Source: Pirellulales bacterium (GTDB taxonomy: Bacteria; Planctomycetota; Planctomycetia; Pirellulales; JALHPA01). Taken from it: DNA of 64,000 nt. Positions 18,638 to 28,558 of this stretch are shown piece after piece (positions within the stretch are counted from its first letter, which is position 1; the number at the start of each line of letters is the position of its first letter). The position numbers and the translations under genes are program-made. The stretch lies in NCBI GenBank assembly GCA_041736895.1, contig JBGSSS010000062.1, positions 8,558 through 72,557 on the forward strand. The letters are read 5' to 3'. The notes under the pieces were generated by a model that ran no database searches, was not told where the DNA came from, and saw nothing but the letters and a program-made list of their open reading frames with translations.

Positions 18638-18919
18638 ATGCAAGTTTACGGACCCACAGCGTTGCACGGCGCTCAAGGCATTAGCGCCCCACACAATAAC
18701 CGCTTGAACTCGGTCGCCCCGTCGGGCAGCCGCGGCATCGACACGGCCGACACGCTCGAGATTTCCTCCGAAGGGATGTTCGTCGAGGCGGCCAAGAATC
18801 TGCCTGAAATGCGGATGGACCGCGTTGCCGAGCTCCGCGCTCAGATCGCCAGCGGCAAGTACGAGACGGCCGATAAGCTCGACATGGCCCTCGAGAACTT
18901 GCTCGACGAACTGGCCTAG
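18638..18919 (+). CDS. flgM: Flagellar anti-sigma-28 factor FlgM
   Basis: DTLEIS, RMDRVAELRAQIASGKY motif; AGGAG RBS. Confidence 0.9.
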   Translation: MQVYGPTALHGAQGISAPHNNRLNSVAPSGSRGIDTADTLEISSEGMFVEAAKNLPEMRMDRVAELRAQIASGKYETADKLDMALENLLDELA

Positions 18920-18928
18920 TTGACCCGA

Positions 18929-18992
18929 GTACGACGGACTTCTAGTCCGTCGTAAATTTGAAGAAATCCGACGGACTAGAAGTCCGTCGTAC
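18929..18992. repeat. REP doublet (REPIN), family A
   Basis: Perfect inverted copies of GTACGACGGACTTCTAGTCCGTCG. Confidence 0.9.
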
Positions 18993-19002
18993 GAAAACAA
19001 AG

Positions 19003-19031
19003 CCCAGGGGTTTACCCCCTGGGATTTTTTT
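19003..19031 (+). terminator. Intrinsic terminator after flgM
   Basis: CCCAGGGG/CCCCTGGG stem followed by T-run. Confidence 0.75.
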
Positions 19032-19068
19032 GTGCTGATCGTGCGTTTTTACGCGAAGTATTCGGGAC

Positions 19069-20088
19069 TTATTGCAGTGCATCTTTAGGAATCAGTTTCC
19101 CATCATCACGATCACCGAGGGCTTGAAAGACAGCAGTTTCAATTTCGTAAGCCACAGTATGCACTGAGCCATCCGCCATCACCAACTGGCAACCGCTGGC
19201 GTGGATCGATCCGAATAGCCTTGCGTATTTGTTTTTAAGTGCTGCATCGCCATTGCATTTGATATCAGTCTGTGGAGGTTCGTGTGTCCAGCGGGCAATA
19301 TCCCAATCCCAGCCCAGATTCCAGCCTTGGTCATTGTTGGCATCGCTTGTATCAAGAGTATCTACATCTTGAAATTTCTCTCCATAGAGTATGGTCTTGG
19401 ACAATCCATCCCTGATTTGGCGAGTTCGGCAGGCGCTGCTTTGATGTGTGACCCCGCTTCTGTTGAAGTAGGTGGTGCCGCTTTTGTATTGATTAAAAAG
19501 TGCTTGGTGAGAACCAGGCCCTTGGGGATTATGTCCGGGATCTAAGGAGCCGCCGCTCGCGGCATAGTCATTCCTCGCGACGACATCTGGGCGAGCTGCC
19601 AATTTATAATTTGTCCCATGGGTAAATGGAACCGTCTGGGCCGTGCGTCGCGAGGGGCAAAAATAATGCTTCACGGGAGTCTGAATCGCGTCACGGATGG
19701 CGTTTTGCTTTGCCGTGCCAGTAAGACCCTTGCCAAGACTGCGCAACCGCCCTTCTTCCATCCAGGGTAAAATGTTGTACATCCAACCGCCAGGTTGGTC
19801 GTTCTTGTAACCGCGGTCAGGATCGCCGGGCCAAGTCCAACCCCAACCGCCGGTGGGAAAGTGTTTGTTGACCTCGAGGTGATTCTGCGCGGCAAGCCCC
19901 ATCTGCTTCAGATTGTTCTTGCACTCACTCCGCCGCGCCGATTCGCGCGCCGATTGAATCGCCGGCAATAGCAGCGCGATCAAGATGCCGATGATCGCAA
20001 TCACCACCAACAACTCAACCAGCGTGAATGCGAGGAGACGCGTGTTGTTTACACGCGGATTCGTTTCTTTAAAAACGCACGGTCTCAT
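19069..20088 (-). CDS. DUF1559 prepilin-type protein
   Basis: AFTLVELLVVIAIIGILIALLLPAIQSARESARR, FCPS, IRDGLSKT, H-x9-DG (HASGCQLVMADGSVH). Confidence 0.95.
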   Translation of the reverse strand: MRPCVFKETNPRVNNTRLLAFTLVELLVVIAIIGILIALLLPAIQSARESARRSECKNNLKQMGLAAQNHLEVNKHFPTGGWGWTWPGDPDRGYKNDQPGGWMYNILPWMEEGRLRSLGKGLTGTAKQNAIRDAIQTPVKHYFCPSRRTAQTVPFTHGTNYKLAARPDVVARNDYAASGGSLDPGHNPQGPGSHQALFNQYKSGTTYFNRSGVTHQSSACRTRQIRDGLSKTILYGEKFQDVDTLDTSDANNDQGWNLGWDWDIARWTHEPPQTDIKCNGDAALKNKYARLFGSIHASGCQLVMADGSVHTVAYEIETAVFQALGDRDDGKLIPKDALQ

Positions 20089-20245
20089 TGAACCCCCACG
20101 ATTCAAAAGAAAACAGGATGAAAAGATTTATTCCTGCAACGCCTCAAGCAGCGCTAATCATAGCAATGAGTAATCAGAGGGGCAGCAGCTATTTGATAAT
20201 CCTATCAGAAATTCATTAGATTTTTGCCAATTTGCCGTAAAAACA

Positions 20246-20683
20246 CTACAAATGCACGATTTTGTGCTGCAACGTCGAGCCGGCGAACAGGATGCCCTGA
20301 AGCCGTTGCAATTGCGGTCGTAGATGGCGAATTTCCGCCGTGTCACGATCGAGTTCCCACAGCTCCGCACGTACGAAAACACTTGCCGCGGGTTCCATCG
20401 CCCGGGCTTCAGACAATTCCCGCAACGCCGCGGAATCGGCTTTATCCAATTGATGAACGCGGCAGAGTTCAGCCCAAAGTTCCGCGGGTGAATTCAGCGC
20501 GCCCTTGGGGTTGCAGCGTTGCCGATACTGGATCACAGCGACAATCAGCGCCATCACGACAAGAGCCCCGAGTCCTAGCCCGATCAACATCGGCACGGAT
20601 GAAGCAAGCGGAGTCGCGGGGAGGCGTGACGATGCCGAGCGATCGGCCAAGAGTAATCCGCTACTGAGCAAATACATCAACAT
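20246..20683 (-). CDS. Hypothetical membrane-anchored protein
   Basis: One TM helix; start overlaps the stop of the upstream HEAT gene (translational coupling). Confidence 0.65.
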   Translation of the reverse strand: MLMYLLSSGLLLADRSASSRLPATPLASSVPMLIGLGLGALVVMALIVAVIQYRQRCNPKGALNSPAELWAELCRVHQLDKADSAALRELSEARAMEPAASVFVRAELWELDRDTAEIRHLRPQLQRLQGILFAGSTLQHKIVHL

Positions 20684-22314
20684 GGCACAGTCTCCAATTC
20701 CCAAGGCAACGGCGGCACCAGCGGCGGAGGCGCGCTGTCCAACTCTTGCAACCCGGCACGCGCGGCATCTTGCACGGTCACGCTCCGATCATGGAGCGCG
20801 TGCTCCAAGCCCTGCCGCGCTGTTTCCGTATCGCACTGAGCCAGCAAGCGCACGGCTTCCGCGCGCACCACGTGGTCATCGTTGTCGAGCAATTCGATCA
20901 GCGATTCTTCCATCGCGTAGACGATGTCCAGCGTCTGGGTAATCGCCATCGCGCGAATCCGCCGCGTGCGCGAGGGCGCTTTGAACTCGTTCATCAGTTC
21001 GGTCAGTGCTTGCGGATCGACCTTGAGCACCAGCTCGCCCGTGCTGCGGCGCACCTCGGGTTCGAGCATGTCATGAATGCCCAAATACTTCTTGAAGGTG
21101 AACTCATTCAGGCTCTCGCGCGCCGCTTGCAAAACCGACTCGTGCGGGCTTTGCAGGTAATCCATCAAACGCGTCATCGCGCCTGGAATTCCGCGAGGGC
21201 GAAGCTGCGCGATGAGTGCCGCCTGCACCAGCGGATCGGGATCGGCGAGCGCCTGGAGCAAGAGGGCGTTGGCTTCGGTTCCTTGGAACTCATTGAGCAT
21301 TTTCGCGGCGGCGCGGCGGCCAGCGGCTTTGCCATGCAACAGCAGCCATTCCAGCACGCGAAACGCCGTTTTGCGGAGCAAACCCGAACGCATCGCCACG
21401 ACCGCGACCGCGTGCTGACAGTTTTCATCGAGCCTTGCCAGCAGGCTCAGATCTTTCTGCAGCCAGGCAATCGTCTCGATCCGTTTCAAGTTCGCGGCCA
21501 CCACCGAGGTCGGTTCGTAGCCGATTTTCTTGAGCAGATATTCGAGGAATTTCTGATCAGTCCGATACGCCAGGAGCGTGATGCTGGATGATGGCGCGTG
21601 GGGATCGTCGAGAAAACTGAGAACCAAGCGCATCACCCCGCCGCGTGTGCTATGGGTCAGCATGTCGGTCGTGGCGAGATAGGCCGGATGCCGCGGCTCA
21701 TTGAGGATTTGTTTGAGGAGCGAGTTGTCGCGCGGCACCAGCAGCAGGAACGCTTCGAGAATCTCGGGCGCTTGATGTTTGGCATACCGCTGCAGCGAAT
21801 GCTCCAGCATGCTCAAGTAATAATCGCGTAAGCGCTGCGGATCGCGGCGCTTGGTGTAGTCGCGCGGGCCGGCGAGTTCCTCATAGAAGTGCTCGAACAT
21901 CCGAATCAACGCGCCGGCGATCAACGGCTGGCGCGGATTGGCTTTGTCTTCGGCGGCGGCAAGCAGCGTCGGGATCAAGTCATAAATTCTCAGCCACGCG
22001 ACCGCTTCGCAGCCATTCTGGCAAATCTGTTCGTGCGGCGATAAGATCGCTTCGCGCACCGCCGCCGTGAAAATATCGCGCTGTTCCGCAATCCGTTCGC
22101 GGATCGCCGCGTCGCACTCGTGCAGGTGTTCGATCAGCGATCGCTGGCAATGCGGGCTGAGACGTTCGATCGCGGCTTGCAGCGCTGCGCCGCGCAGAGC
22201 GGCGCGCGGCGAATGCAGCGCGGCATGAATGACCTCGTCCGCGGCCTCGTTGACCGTCGAGGTCAAACAGGCATACGTCGCGGCTAGTCCGGTTTTTGCA
22301 GTAGCTGAATGCAC
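20677..22314 (-). CDS. HEAT-repeat protein
   Basis: LADPDPLVQAA, LDNDDHVVRAEAVRLL, LHDRSVTVQDAA repeats. Confidence 0.8.
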   Translation of the reverse strand: MHSATAKTGLAATYACLTSTVNEAADEVIHAALHSPRAALRGAALQAAIERLSPHCQRSLIEHLHECDAAIRERIAEQRDIFTAAVREAILSPHEQICQNGCEAVAWLRIYDLIPTLLAAAEDKANPRQPLIAGALIRMFEHFYEELAGPRDYTKRRDPQRLRDYYLSMLEHSLQRYAKHQAPEILEAFLLLVPRDNSLLKQILNEPRHPAYLATTDMLTHSTRGGVMRLVLSFLDDPHAPSSSITLLAYRTDQKFLEYLLKKIGYEPTSVVAANLKRIETIAWLQKDLSLLARLDENCQHAVAVVAMRSGLLRKTAFRVLEWLLLHGKAAGRRAAAKMLNEFQGTEANALLLQALADPDPLVQAALIAQLRPRGIPGAMTRLMDYLQSPHESVLQAARESLNEFTFKKYLGIHDMLEPEVRRSTGELVLKVDPQALTELMNEFKAPSRTRRIRAMAITQTLDIVYAMEESLIELLDNDDHVVRAEAVRLLAQCDTETARQGLEHALHDRSVTVQDAARAGLQELDSAPPPLVPPLPWELETVPC

Positions 22315-22580
22315 GGGATCGAATTCCGCCTGGAATCAAACACGTTGCCATCACTCCTGCCCTCAAAGGAATAGCGCCGACAGCGAACGCAGCCATTCCG
22401 GCACAAATCTACGTCGCAAAATCGTGCCCTGAGCCCCTTGGCGATGCTTTCTTGGCCCTTGATTTCCCGCAAGTCGGGTGTGACACTGAAAATAGGAGTT
22501 ACTCGGGGCGGAGAAAGCCAATGATCCGTCCCTTCTTTCCCCATTTCCCGCCACGAGAACGGCTTCGGCCGATCATAACG

Positions 22581-22865
22581 ATGCTGCCGATCCCCCTGAG
22601 TGCGCCGGATTTGCTGGAACGCGAATTCTTGATCCTGCGGGCCAAAGCCCTGGAACTAGGAGCCGGACTTGATCGCCTGGAACGTGCCGCGGGTGATGTC
22701 TCGCGCGATCCGCGGTATCTTAATTTGCAAAAGGCACTGCAGGAATTGCAACAAACGGGCAGCGATCGGGCCGAGCGGCTGCAGTTGCTCTTCTCGCTCC
22801 CCTTCGACGAAAACTGGCAACGCAAATTCGCGATCCAAAGCGGGCCGGAGGCGAAGAATGAATGA
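22581..22865 (+). CDS. Small hypothetical protein
   Basis: Helical 94-aa ORF (LLEREFLILRAKALELGAGLDRLER...RAERLQLLFSLPFDENW). Confidence 0.7.
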   Translation: MLPIPLSAPDLLEREFLILRAKALELGAGLDRLERAAGDVSRDPRYLNLQKALQELQQTGSDRAERLQLLFSLPFDENWQRKFAIQSGPEAKNE

Positions 22866-22977
22866 AGCTAATTCTTTGTTCCACTGCACGCCGTAGGCGA
22901 GCCGTTAAGATCTAAAAAGTTTCGAGTCCAATATCCCTGTCTTCCTGTCCTCCTGAAATCCTGTCCCCTGCCCAACC

Positions 22978-23874
22978 ATGGACTACTTCGATCCGCATAT
23001 TCACATGGTCTCGCGGACGACCGACGATTACGAGACGCTCGCCAAGATGGGCTGCGTCGGGATGAGCGAACCGGCGTTTTGGGCCGGCTTTGATCGGGGG
23101 AGCGTCGAAGGCTTTCGCGATTACTTTCGCCAACTGACGCAGTTCGAGCCAAAGCGCGCCGGCTGGTACAACCTGCAGCATTACACCTGGCTCTGCATCA
23201 ACGCCAAGGAAGCCGAAAACGTCCGGCTCTCGCGCGAAGTCATCGCCATGATCCCCGAGTTCATCAACCAACCGGGGGTACTCGGCATCGGCGAGATCGG
23301 CTTGAACAAGAACACTCGAAATGAGTCGATCGTGTTCCTCGAACATGTGCAGTTGGCCGAGCAATTGAACACACAGATCCTGATCCACACGCCGCATCTC
23401 GAAGACAAGTGGCCCGGAACGCAGATGATCTTGGACATGCTCGGCGATTTTCCGGATCTTGAACATCATCGCGTTTTGGTCGATCACGTCGAAGAGCACA
23501 CGATCCGGCCGGTTTTGGAACAAGGATACTGGGCCGGCATGACGCTTTATCCGACAAGCAAATGCACGCCCGAGCGCGCGGTGGACATGGTCGAGATGTA
23601 TGGCCCCGAGCGGCTGATGGTGAACAGCGCCGGCGATTGGGGTCCTTCGAAGCCAACGGCGGTGCCGGATTTTATTCTCGCCATGCGCAAGCGCGGGCAC
23701 TCGGAAGCGCTGATTCGCCGGATCGTCTACGAAAACCCGCTGCGGTTCTTTCAGCAAAGCCCAGGTTTCCGCTTCACGCCGCGCGACGGCGGGACTTGGA
23801 ACGCGGAGGGCGAGCCCGATGTGATCCGGATGGATGCGCCGGCGGGCGAAGCGCGGCTGCGGGTGAAGCGCTAG
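22978..23874 (+). CDS. TatD-family metal-dependent hydrolase (EboB-like)
   Basis: DPHIHMVSRTTDDY, GIGEIGLN, IHTPH, VDHVEE, NSAGDWG. Confidence 0.85.
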   Translation: MDYFDPHIHMVSRTTDDYETLAKMGCVGMSEPAFWAGFDRGSVEGFRDYFRQLTQFEPKRAGWYNLQHYTWLCINAKEAENVRLSREVIAMIPEFINQPGVLGIGEIGLNKNTRNESIVFLEHVQLAEQLNTQILIHTPHLEDKWPGTQMILDMLGDFPDLEHHRVLVDHVEEHTIRPVLEQGYWAGMTLYPTSKCTPERAVDMVEMYGPERLMVNSAGDWGPSKPTAVPDFILAMRKRGHSEALIRRIVYENPLRFFQQSPGFRFTPRDGGTWNAEGEPDVIRMDAPAGEARLRVKR

Positions 23875-23878
23875 GCAT

Positions 23879-23905
23879 AAAAAAGCTCCGGCCAAAACCG
23901 GAGCT
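23879..23905 (-). terminator. Terminator downstream of the tRNA
   Basis: AGCTCCGG/CCGGAGCT stem with T-run on - strand. Confidence 0.7.
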
Positions 23906-23907
23906 AG

Positions 23908-23981
23908 TGGGCGCAACAGGGCTCGAACCTGTGACCTCGACGGTGTGAGCATCGCGCTCTAACCAACTGAGCTATGCGCCC
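23908..23981 (-). tRNA. tRNA-Val (anticodon CAC), CCA not encoded
   Basis: GGGCGCATAGCTCAGTTGGTTAGAGCG-CGATG-CTCACAC-CGTCG-AGGTC-ACAGGTTCGAGCCCTGT-TGCGCCCA cloverleaf. Confidence 0.95.
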
Positions 23982-24128
23982 GAAGGAGCAATTAAGTGTA
24001 TCGACGGGCGGATTGCTTGTCGAGCCAGACAATCATATCCACGCAAAACGCTGGCGAACCAGCAAGCTCCAAAAAGAGCGGGCAGCGTAAGCTGCCCGGT
24101 TCAGAAAGATCGCAGATATCCATTGCCG

Positions 24129-24404
24129 TCAAGAACTGCTTTCGACCGGCTTGGGTTCGCTCGTCGGCGGCTCGAACTTGGGAGCGGTTGGCTCTTCATA
24201 GTCGTCGTGGCTTCGATAGGGCGTGCTGCGAGCAGTCGAGGTCGATCCTGGGTTGTGGATCTCGTCGGTGATCCCGTTGATCCCCTTCTTGAACTCAACG
24301 ATTCCCTTGCCGAGCGAGCGGCCCACTTCCGGCAAACGCTTGCCGAAGAGCAGCACGGCAAGGATGCCGATAATCATCATTTCCATCGGACCAAGACCAA
24401 ACAT
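24129..24404 (-). CDS. tatA: Twin-arginine translocase TatA/TatE family subunit
   Basis: FGLGPMEM..LLFGKRLPEVGRSLGKGIVEFKKG. Confidence 0.9.
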   Translation of the reverse strand: MFGLGPMEMMIIGILAVLLFGKRLPEVGRSLGKGIVEFKKGINGITDEIHNPGSTSTARSTPYRSHDDYEEPTAPKFEPPTSEPKPVESSS

Positions 24405-24466
24405 CGCACACCTCGAACTCACTGCGTTGGAATTACTAAAATACTTTTACGGAAATCACATGACTC

Positions 24467-24691
24467 TTAGCGAGTCGTTGTTTCGTGCGGAGTGTTGATC
24501 GTGTTCGTGTTCACGGTCGGGCGATTCAGATCATCTTCGATGCCGTTGACACCCTTCTTGAATTCGGTGACGCCTTGGCCGAGCGAGCGCATGACACTTG
24601 GCAACCTGCTGCCGAAGAGCAACAACACCACCACGCCGACGATAATCAATTCCATCGGGCCTAAACCAAAAATTGCAAAGAGCGGAGACAT
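24467..24691 (-). CDS. tatA: Twin-arginine translocase TatA/TatE family subunit
   Basis: LLLFGSRLPSVMRSLGQGVTEFKKG. Confidence 0.9.
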   Translation of the reverse strand: MSPLFAIFGLGPMELIIVGVVVLLLFGSRLPSVMRSLGQGVTEFKKGVNGIEDDLNRPTVNTNTINTPHETTTR

Positions 24692-24999
24692 CGAGATCAC
24701 CTAGGGTGAATGAGAAAGAATCTGCTGCCGCCCCGAACCACTCATGACGTACGAATATGATTCGACGTCAGTTCGGAAGCGGAAAAAGTTGTAAGGTGGG
24801 AATGCTTCTTCTGCGATCGCTGCTGCTTCAGATGCACAATTTATTATTGTCCGAAGTGCCGCAGGTGTCAAACTGCCGGTAAATAGTTCCCGATTTCAAT
24901 TCGCGCTCCTTTCAATTCGGTTAACTTGCACATTTCGTCCGAATTGCAGGATTTATTGCAAACGTTCTGAAATTGGCAATTCAGTGCTCCTTGGTCAGA

Positions 25000-26919
25000 T
25001 TATCTGCGCGTATTCTCCGGAACTCGAATCTGCTCCGCCAGCCGCTGCTCATGCTGATAGAGGGGCAGGTAGCGATAGTAAACTTCGAGACAGAGTGTCG
25101 CCATGGCGGTACTGTAGACGCGGCCTCCGTAGCCGCCCCAGACACAGTCAGGATCCCAACTGCCCGCATTCGTTCCCGTGGTGATCTGACGCGGGAGGAG
25201 TGTGCTCTGCATCGCACGGTTCCATTGCTGCCACGGTTCGCCCCCTTGCTGATACATGCTGAGCGTGCCGTAGTACCAATAGTAGAGGTTAATTCGCTCC
25301 GATGTTGGCAACTCGCCAAGCAAGTAGTTCGCCGCTTCTCCCGCCGCCGGATTGTCGCGCGACATCCCGAGAAACTGCCGGCAGACGAGTGCTTCGGCTG
25401 TCATCGTGCGCGAAGGCTGATCATGGGGACGATACGCCGCGATGCCTCCGTGAGTTCCGCTGCTCGCACTCTTGATAAAGCGAATCATCCCGTCGCGTGT
25501 CGCCGCCGGTGTGGGGATGCCGCTGAGTTCTGCGCTCTTGAGCGCCATCAACTGCCAGCCCAATTGGCTCATGTCGCCTGAGTCGAGCGGCTGATATCTC
25601 CAACTGCCGCTGGCCGGATGTTGCGCGCGGATCGTGTAGTCAATCGCCGCGCGAACGCCTGGCTCGAGACGTTTGTCGCCGCTTAAGACGAATGCCTCGC
25701 TCAAGGCCAACGTCGCGATGCCGTGACTGTACATCGCCGCAAATAACTCGGCGTCGCCCGCCAGACAGCCATCGCGGCGTTGCGCTTGCAAGAGCGATTC
25801 GAGTCCGCGGCGGATCGTGTCGGCATAAGGTCCATTGTCGAGATGCGTATGGCCATTCCCCAAGAAGCAGAGCAAGGCCAAGCCCGTCATCGCCGTATCG
25901 GCCTTGGCACCTGCGCCGCGGCGATCGTGTCCAAGCACCAACCGCTCCTGCCCTGCCCCAAAACGATCGGCGTCCCAATGACCGGGCTTCGACTGTGCGG
26001 CCGCGAGCCAGCGCAGCGCGCGTTGCACCGCCTCTTCCGATTCAGGCGAACCGCCACGGCTGCGCAACAGTTCGCCGCGATTCTCGGCGACACGATCCTT
26101 GTACAATTCCGGGAGCACGGTATTGATGCCCACGATTCCCGTCGTCGCCGCGGCGATGGCCGAAGGAACGACATTGTTCGGCGCTGTTGCTGGAGGAGCC
26201 GCTTGAACCGCGGCCGCGTTCACTTCACTCGCGCTGACTGTACTGCTGGACTGCAAGATGCTTGCCACACTCACCATCGCTGCTTGCTCCGGTAACGTGC
26301 CGTTTGGCTGAATGCTTGCCGCGGGAACTGGGGCCGCAGGGTCCGCCGCGGCCAGCATTTTGGCAAGCTCCTCGGGTGTCATCACGTTCGATGCTTCGGC
26401 GGGTTGATCAGAGCGCTTCGCCGGTTCCGCAGACGGCGTCTTGGCTGCGGATTGCGGGAGGACGAGCGCTTCGTCCTTGCTTGGTTTGAGCAACAAGGAT
26501 TCGGTGCTTGGGGTTCGCTCTTCCGGCTGAGGCTGTTTCACAGCTTCAGTTGACGCGTCGTTGGCAACCGCGGCAACGGACTCTTTCATCGCTTCGTTGG
26601 CAGTCGACTCGTTGGCAAGGGGGTTGCTTTCGGCCCAAGTTACCGGACCTTCGTCCCAGAACGTGGCGTGAATACCCTCGCCATGCGCCGGCCCATGAGA
26701 GCTGCCGACGATTTCGATAGTGGTCGCGTAGATGCCTAACAAAAGATGTGCCAACAGCGAAAGGACGATGCACTTCTTGAGCGGCTGCGAGTTACCCCAT
26801 TGTGTCCGCAGCAAAACCAAAACCGCTACGCTCAGCGCGGCCAAGCCAAGCCATAGCCCGATCCACGCCCAACTGGCGCGGTGGAGGGATTGCAGCAGTT
26901 CGCCGAACCAAGCGGTCAT
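25000..26919 (-). CDS. Membrane-anchored prenyltransferase/squalene-oxidase-repeat (alpha/alpha barrel) protein
   Basis: Two N-terminal TMs, Pro/Ala-rich linker, QW-like repeats (LAAAQSKPGHW, AQHPASGSWRY, GSWDP), YSTAMATLCLEVYYRYLP. Confidence 0.85.
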   Translation of the reverse strand: MTAWFGELLQSLHRASWAWIGLWLGLAALSVAVLVLLRTQWGNSQPLKKCIVLSLLAHLLLGIYATTIEIVGSSHGPAHGEGIHATFWDEGPVTWAESNPLANESTANEAMKESVAAVANDASTEAVKQPQPEERTPSTESLLLKPSKDEALVLPQSAAKTPSAEPAKRSDQPAEASNVMTPEELAKMLAAADPAAPVPAASIQPNGTLPEQAAMVSVASILQSSSTVSASEVNAAAVQAAPPATAPNNVVPSAIAAATTGIVGINTVLPELYKDRVAENRGELLRSRGGSPESEEAVQRALRWLAAAQSKPGHWDADRFGAGQERLVLGHDRRGAGAKADTAMTGLALLCFLGNGHTHLDNGPYADTIRRGLESLLQAQRRDGCLAGDAELFAAMYSHGIATLALSEAFVLSGDKRLEPGVRAAIDYTIRAQHPASGSWRYQPLDSGDMSQLGWQLMALKSAELSGIPTPAATRDGMIRFIKSASSGTHGGIAAYRPHDQPSRTMTAEALVCRQFLGMSRDNPAAGEAANYLLGELPTSERINLYYWYYGTLSMYQQGGEPWQQWNRAMQSTLLPRQITTGTNAGSWDPDCVWGGYGGRVYSTAMATLCLEVYYRYLPLYQHEQRLAEQIRVPENTRR

Positions 26920-27084
26920 GAGATTAAGAAGAAGCAGATGCTCCAGGGAGATGAACTACTTGGCTTTGGTTTTGCTAGCAAACACAGATTACGCGCGTAG
27001 CCGCGTCTATCAACATCAATCGTCTTTTTCTGCTCAGAGCGTCAATCTTCTCAGAAGTCAGTGGAGTTTTCGGATACAGACTGC

Positions 27085-27531
27085 CTACCTTTTCGTTCCG
27101 GCATCTGACTTTGCTGCTGTATTGGCGATTTTCACGGCGATGCCGAGGTCGGGGATGCCGGCTTGCCGCACAGCCCCGTAAACGTCGGCCATGCGTCCGT
27201 GCGGCGTCATCCGATCGCCGCGAACTAGGACTTGGATCTTGGGCGATTGCTGGCGCGCGGCGGTCAATTGCTTGGTCAGATCTTCAAGCGAAACGGGCGT
27301 CGACCCAAGCTGGAGCGAACCATCGGCTTGCACATTGACGATCCGCGGCGTTCCCGCCGCAGCCGCCGGCGAACCGGACTGCGCCGCGGTGGGCAGCTTG
27401 AGCTCCACCGCGCGTTCTTCTTCGCTGAACTTGGTCGCGACCATGAAGAAAATGATCAACGTCAAAATGACGTCAATCATCGGCGTCAAGTTGAGCTGCG
27501 GTTCTTCTTGGGGGAGGGTTTTGATGGGCAT
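27085..27531 (-). CDS. exbD: Biopolymer transporter ExbD/TolR
   Basis: LNLTPMIDVILTLIIFFMV, VLVRGD. Confidence 0.9.
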   Translation of the reverse strand: MPIKTLPQEEPQLNLTPMIDVILTLIIFFMVATKFSEEERAVELKLPTAAQSGSPAAAAGTPRIVNVQADGSLQLGSTPVSLEDLTKQLTAARQQSPKIQVLVRGDRMTPHGRMADVYGAVRQAGIPDLGIAVKIANTAAKSDAGTKR

Positions 27532-27650
27532 AACTGGATCGCTCGTGTAAAGCAAAAAGCCAAGGGGGTTACCCCTTGGAGCGTTTCTCGATGATTTGAT
27601 TCACTCACAACAAACGAGCTATGACGCATGCAGCAGCAACGGCTTTCGAT

Positions 27651-28472
27651 TTATGCAGCGCGTTTTTTGCTGCTTGAACGCGCACTCAGCGCTTCGCTCG
27701 AAATCGCTTCGACCACATCTTGCCCCAAGGCATCCAAGCGAATCAGCAGCCTATCGACGCAACTGCTGAAATAGAGCGATAACACGACCGCCGGTATCGC
27801 GACGGCGAGACCCGAAGCCGTGGTGAAAAGTGCTTCGCTGATGCTGCGGCTCAACATTTCCATGCGCCCCATCGCTTCGGTCCCGGAGATATCTTGAAAC
27901 GCTTGGATGATTCCCAACACCGTGCCCAACAACCCGAGCAACGGGCCGATCGTGGCCAGGGCACTAAAGATGCGCAAGAATCGCCGCAGCTCATGCGACG
28001 CACGTTCGCCTGCATCAATTAGAGCCTGTTCCATTTCGGCGGCCGAGCGGCTCCATTTCTTGATCCCCGCCGCCATCACCCGCGCGGCGATACTTTGATT
28101 TTCTTCACAAACGAGCAAGGCCTGTTCGCGGTCGATCTGTCCAGACTGCAATTGCTGGGTCAGCCGTTTCGTGAATGGACCGGGAATGATCCGGCTGCCG
28201 CGCAGGCTAATCGCGCGCTCTAGCGTGAAGACGACGAGCGTGAACGAGCAAAGCAAGATCGGGTACATCACATACCCGCCGTCGTGAATGATGCTCAGCA
28301 AGCTGCGGTTCTTGCCGAACATGCCGGCGGGTTGAGCTGCTTCTTCCGCAAAGAGCGGGCTGGTGCTGAATGCGAGAAACGCCAGCAGTGCGCCCAGCAG
28401 CAGAACGCTCCTCTTTCCCAGCGAGCGGAAGTCAATCTGGTATTTGCTAAGCAGCAAGCTAGAAAGTTTCAT
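27651..28472 (-). CDS. exbB: MotA/TolQ/ExbB proton channel
   Basis: GPLLGLLGTVLGII, ISEALFTTASGLAVAIPA. Confidence 0.9.
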   Translation of the reverse strand: MKLSSLLLSKYQIDFRSLGKRSVLLLGALLAFLAFSTSPLFAEEAAQPAGMFGKNRSLLSIIHDGGYVMYPILLCSFTLVVFTLERAISLRGSRIIPGPFTKRLTQQLQSGQIDREQALLVCEENQSIAARVMAAGIKKWSRSAAEMEQALIDAGERASHELRRFLRIFSALATIGPLLGLLGTVLGIIQAFQDISGTEAMGRMEMLSRSISEALFTTASGLAVAIPAVVLSLYFSSCVDRLLIRLDALGQDVVEAISSEALSARSSSKKRAA

Positions 28473-28558
28473 CGCATCCTCTCCGGATAGTGACCAAGCC
28501 ACGGCGCGAATCACGCCGTGGCTTGGAGATCGTCAGTAGAAGTTTCCTTTCCCGCCGC

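Noticed and set aside
23908-23981. tRNA as an integration site of a genomic island
   Set aside because: No integrase nearby and no duplicated tRNA 3' end seen in the window.
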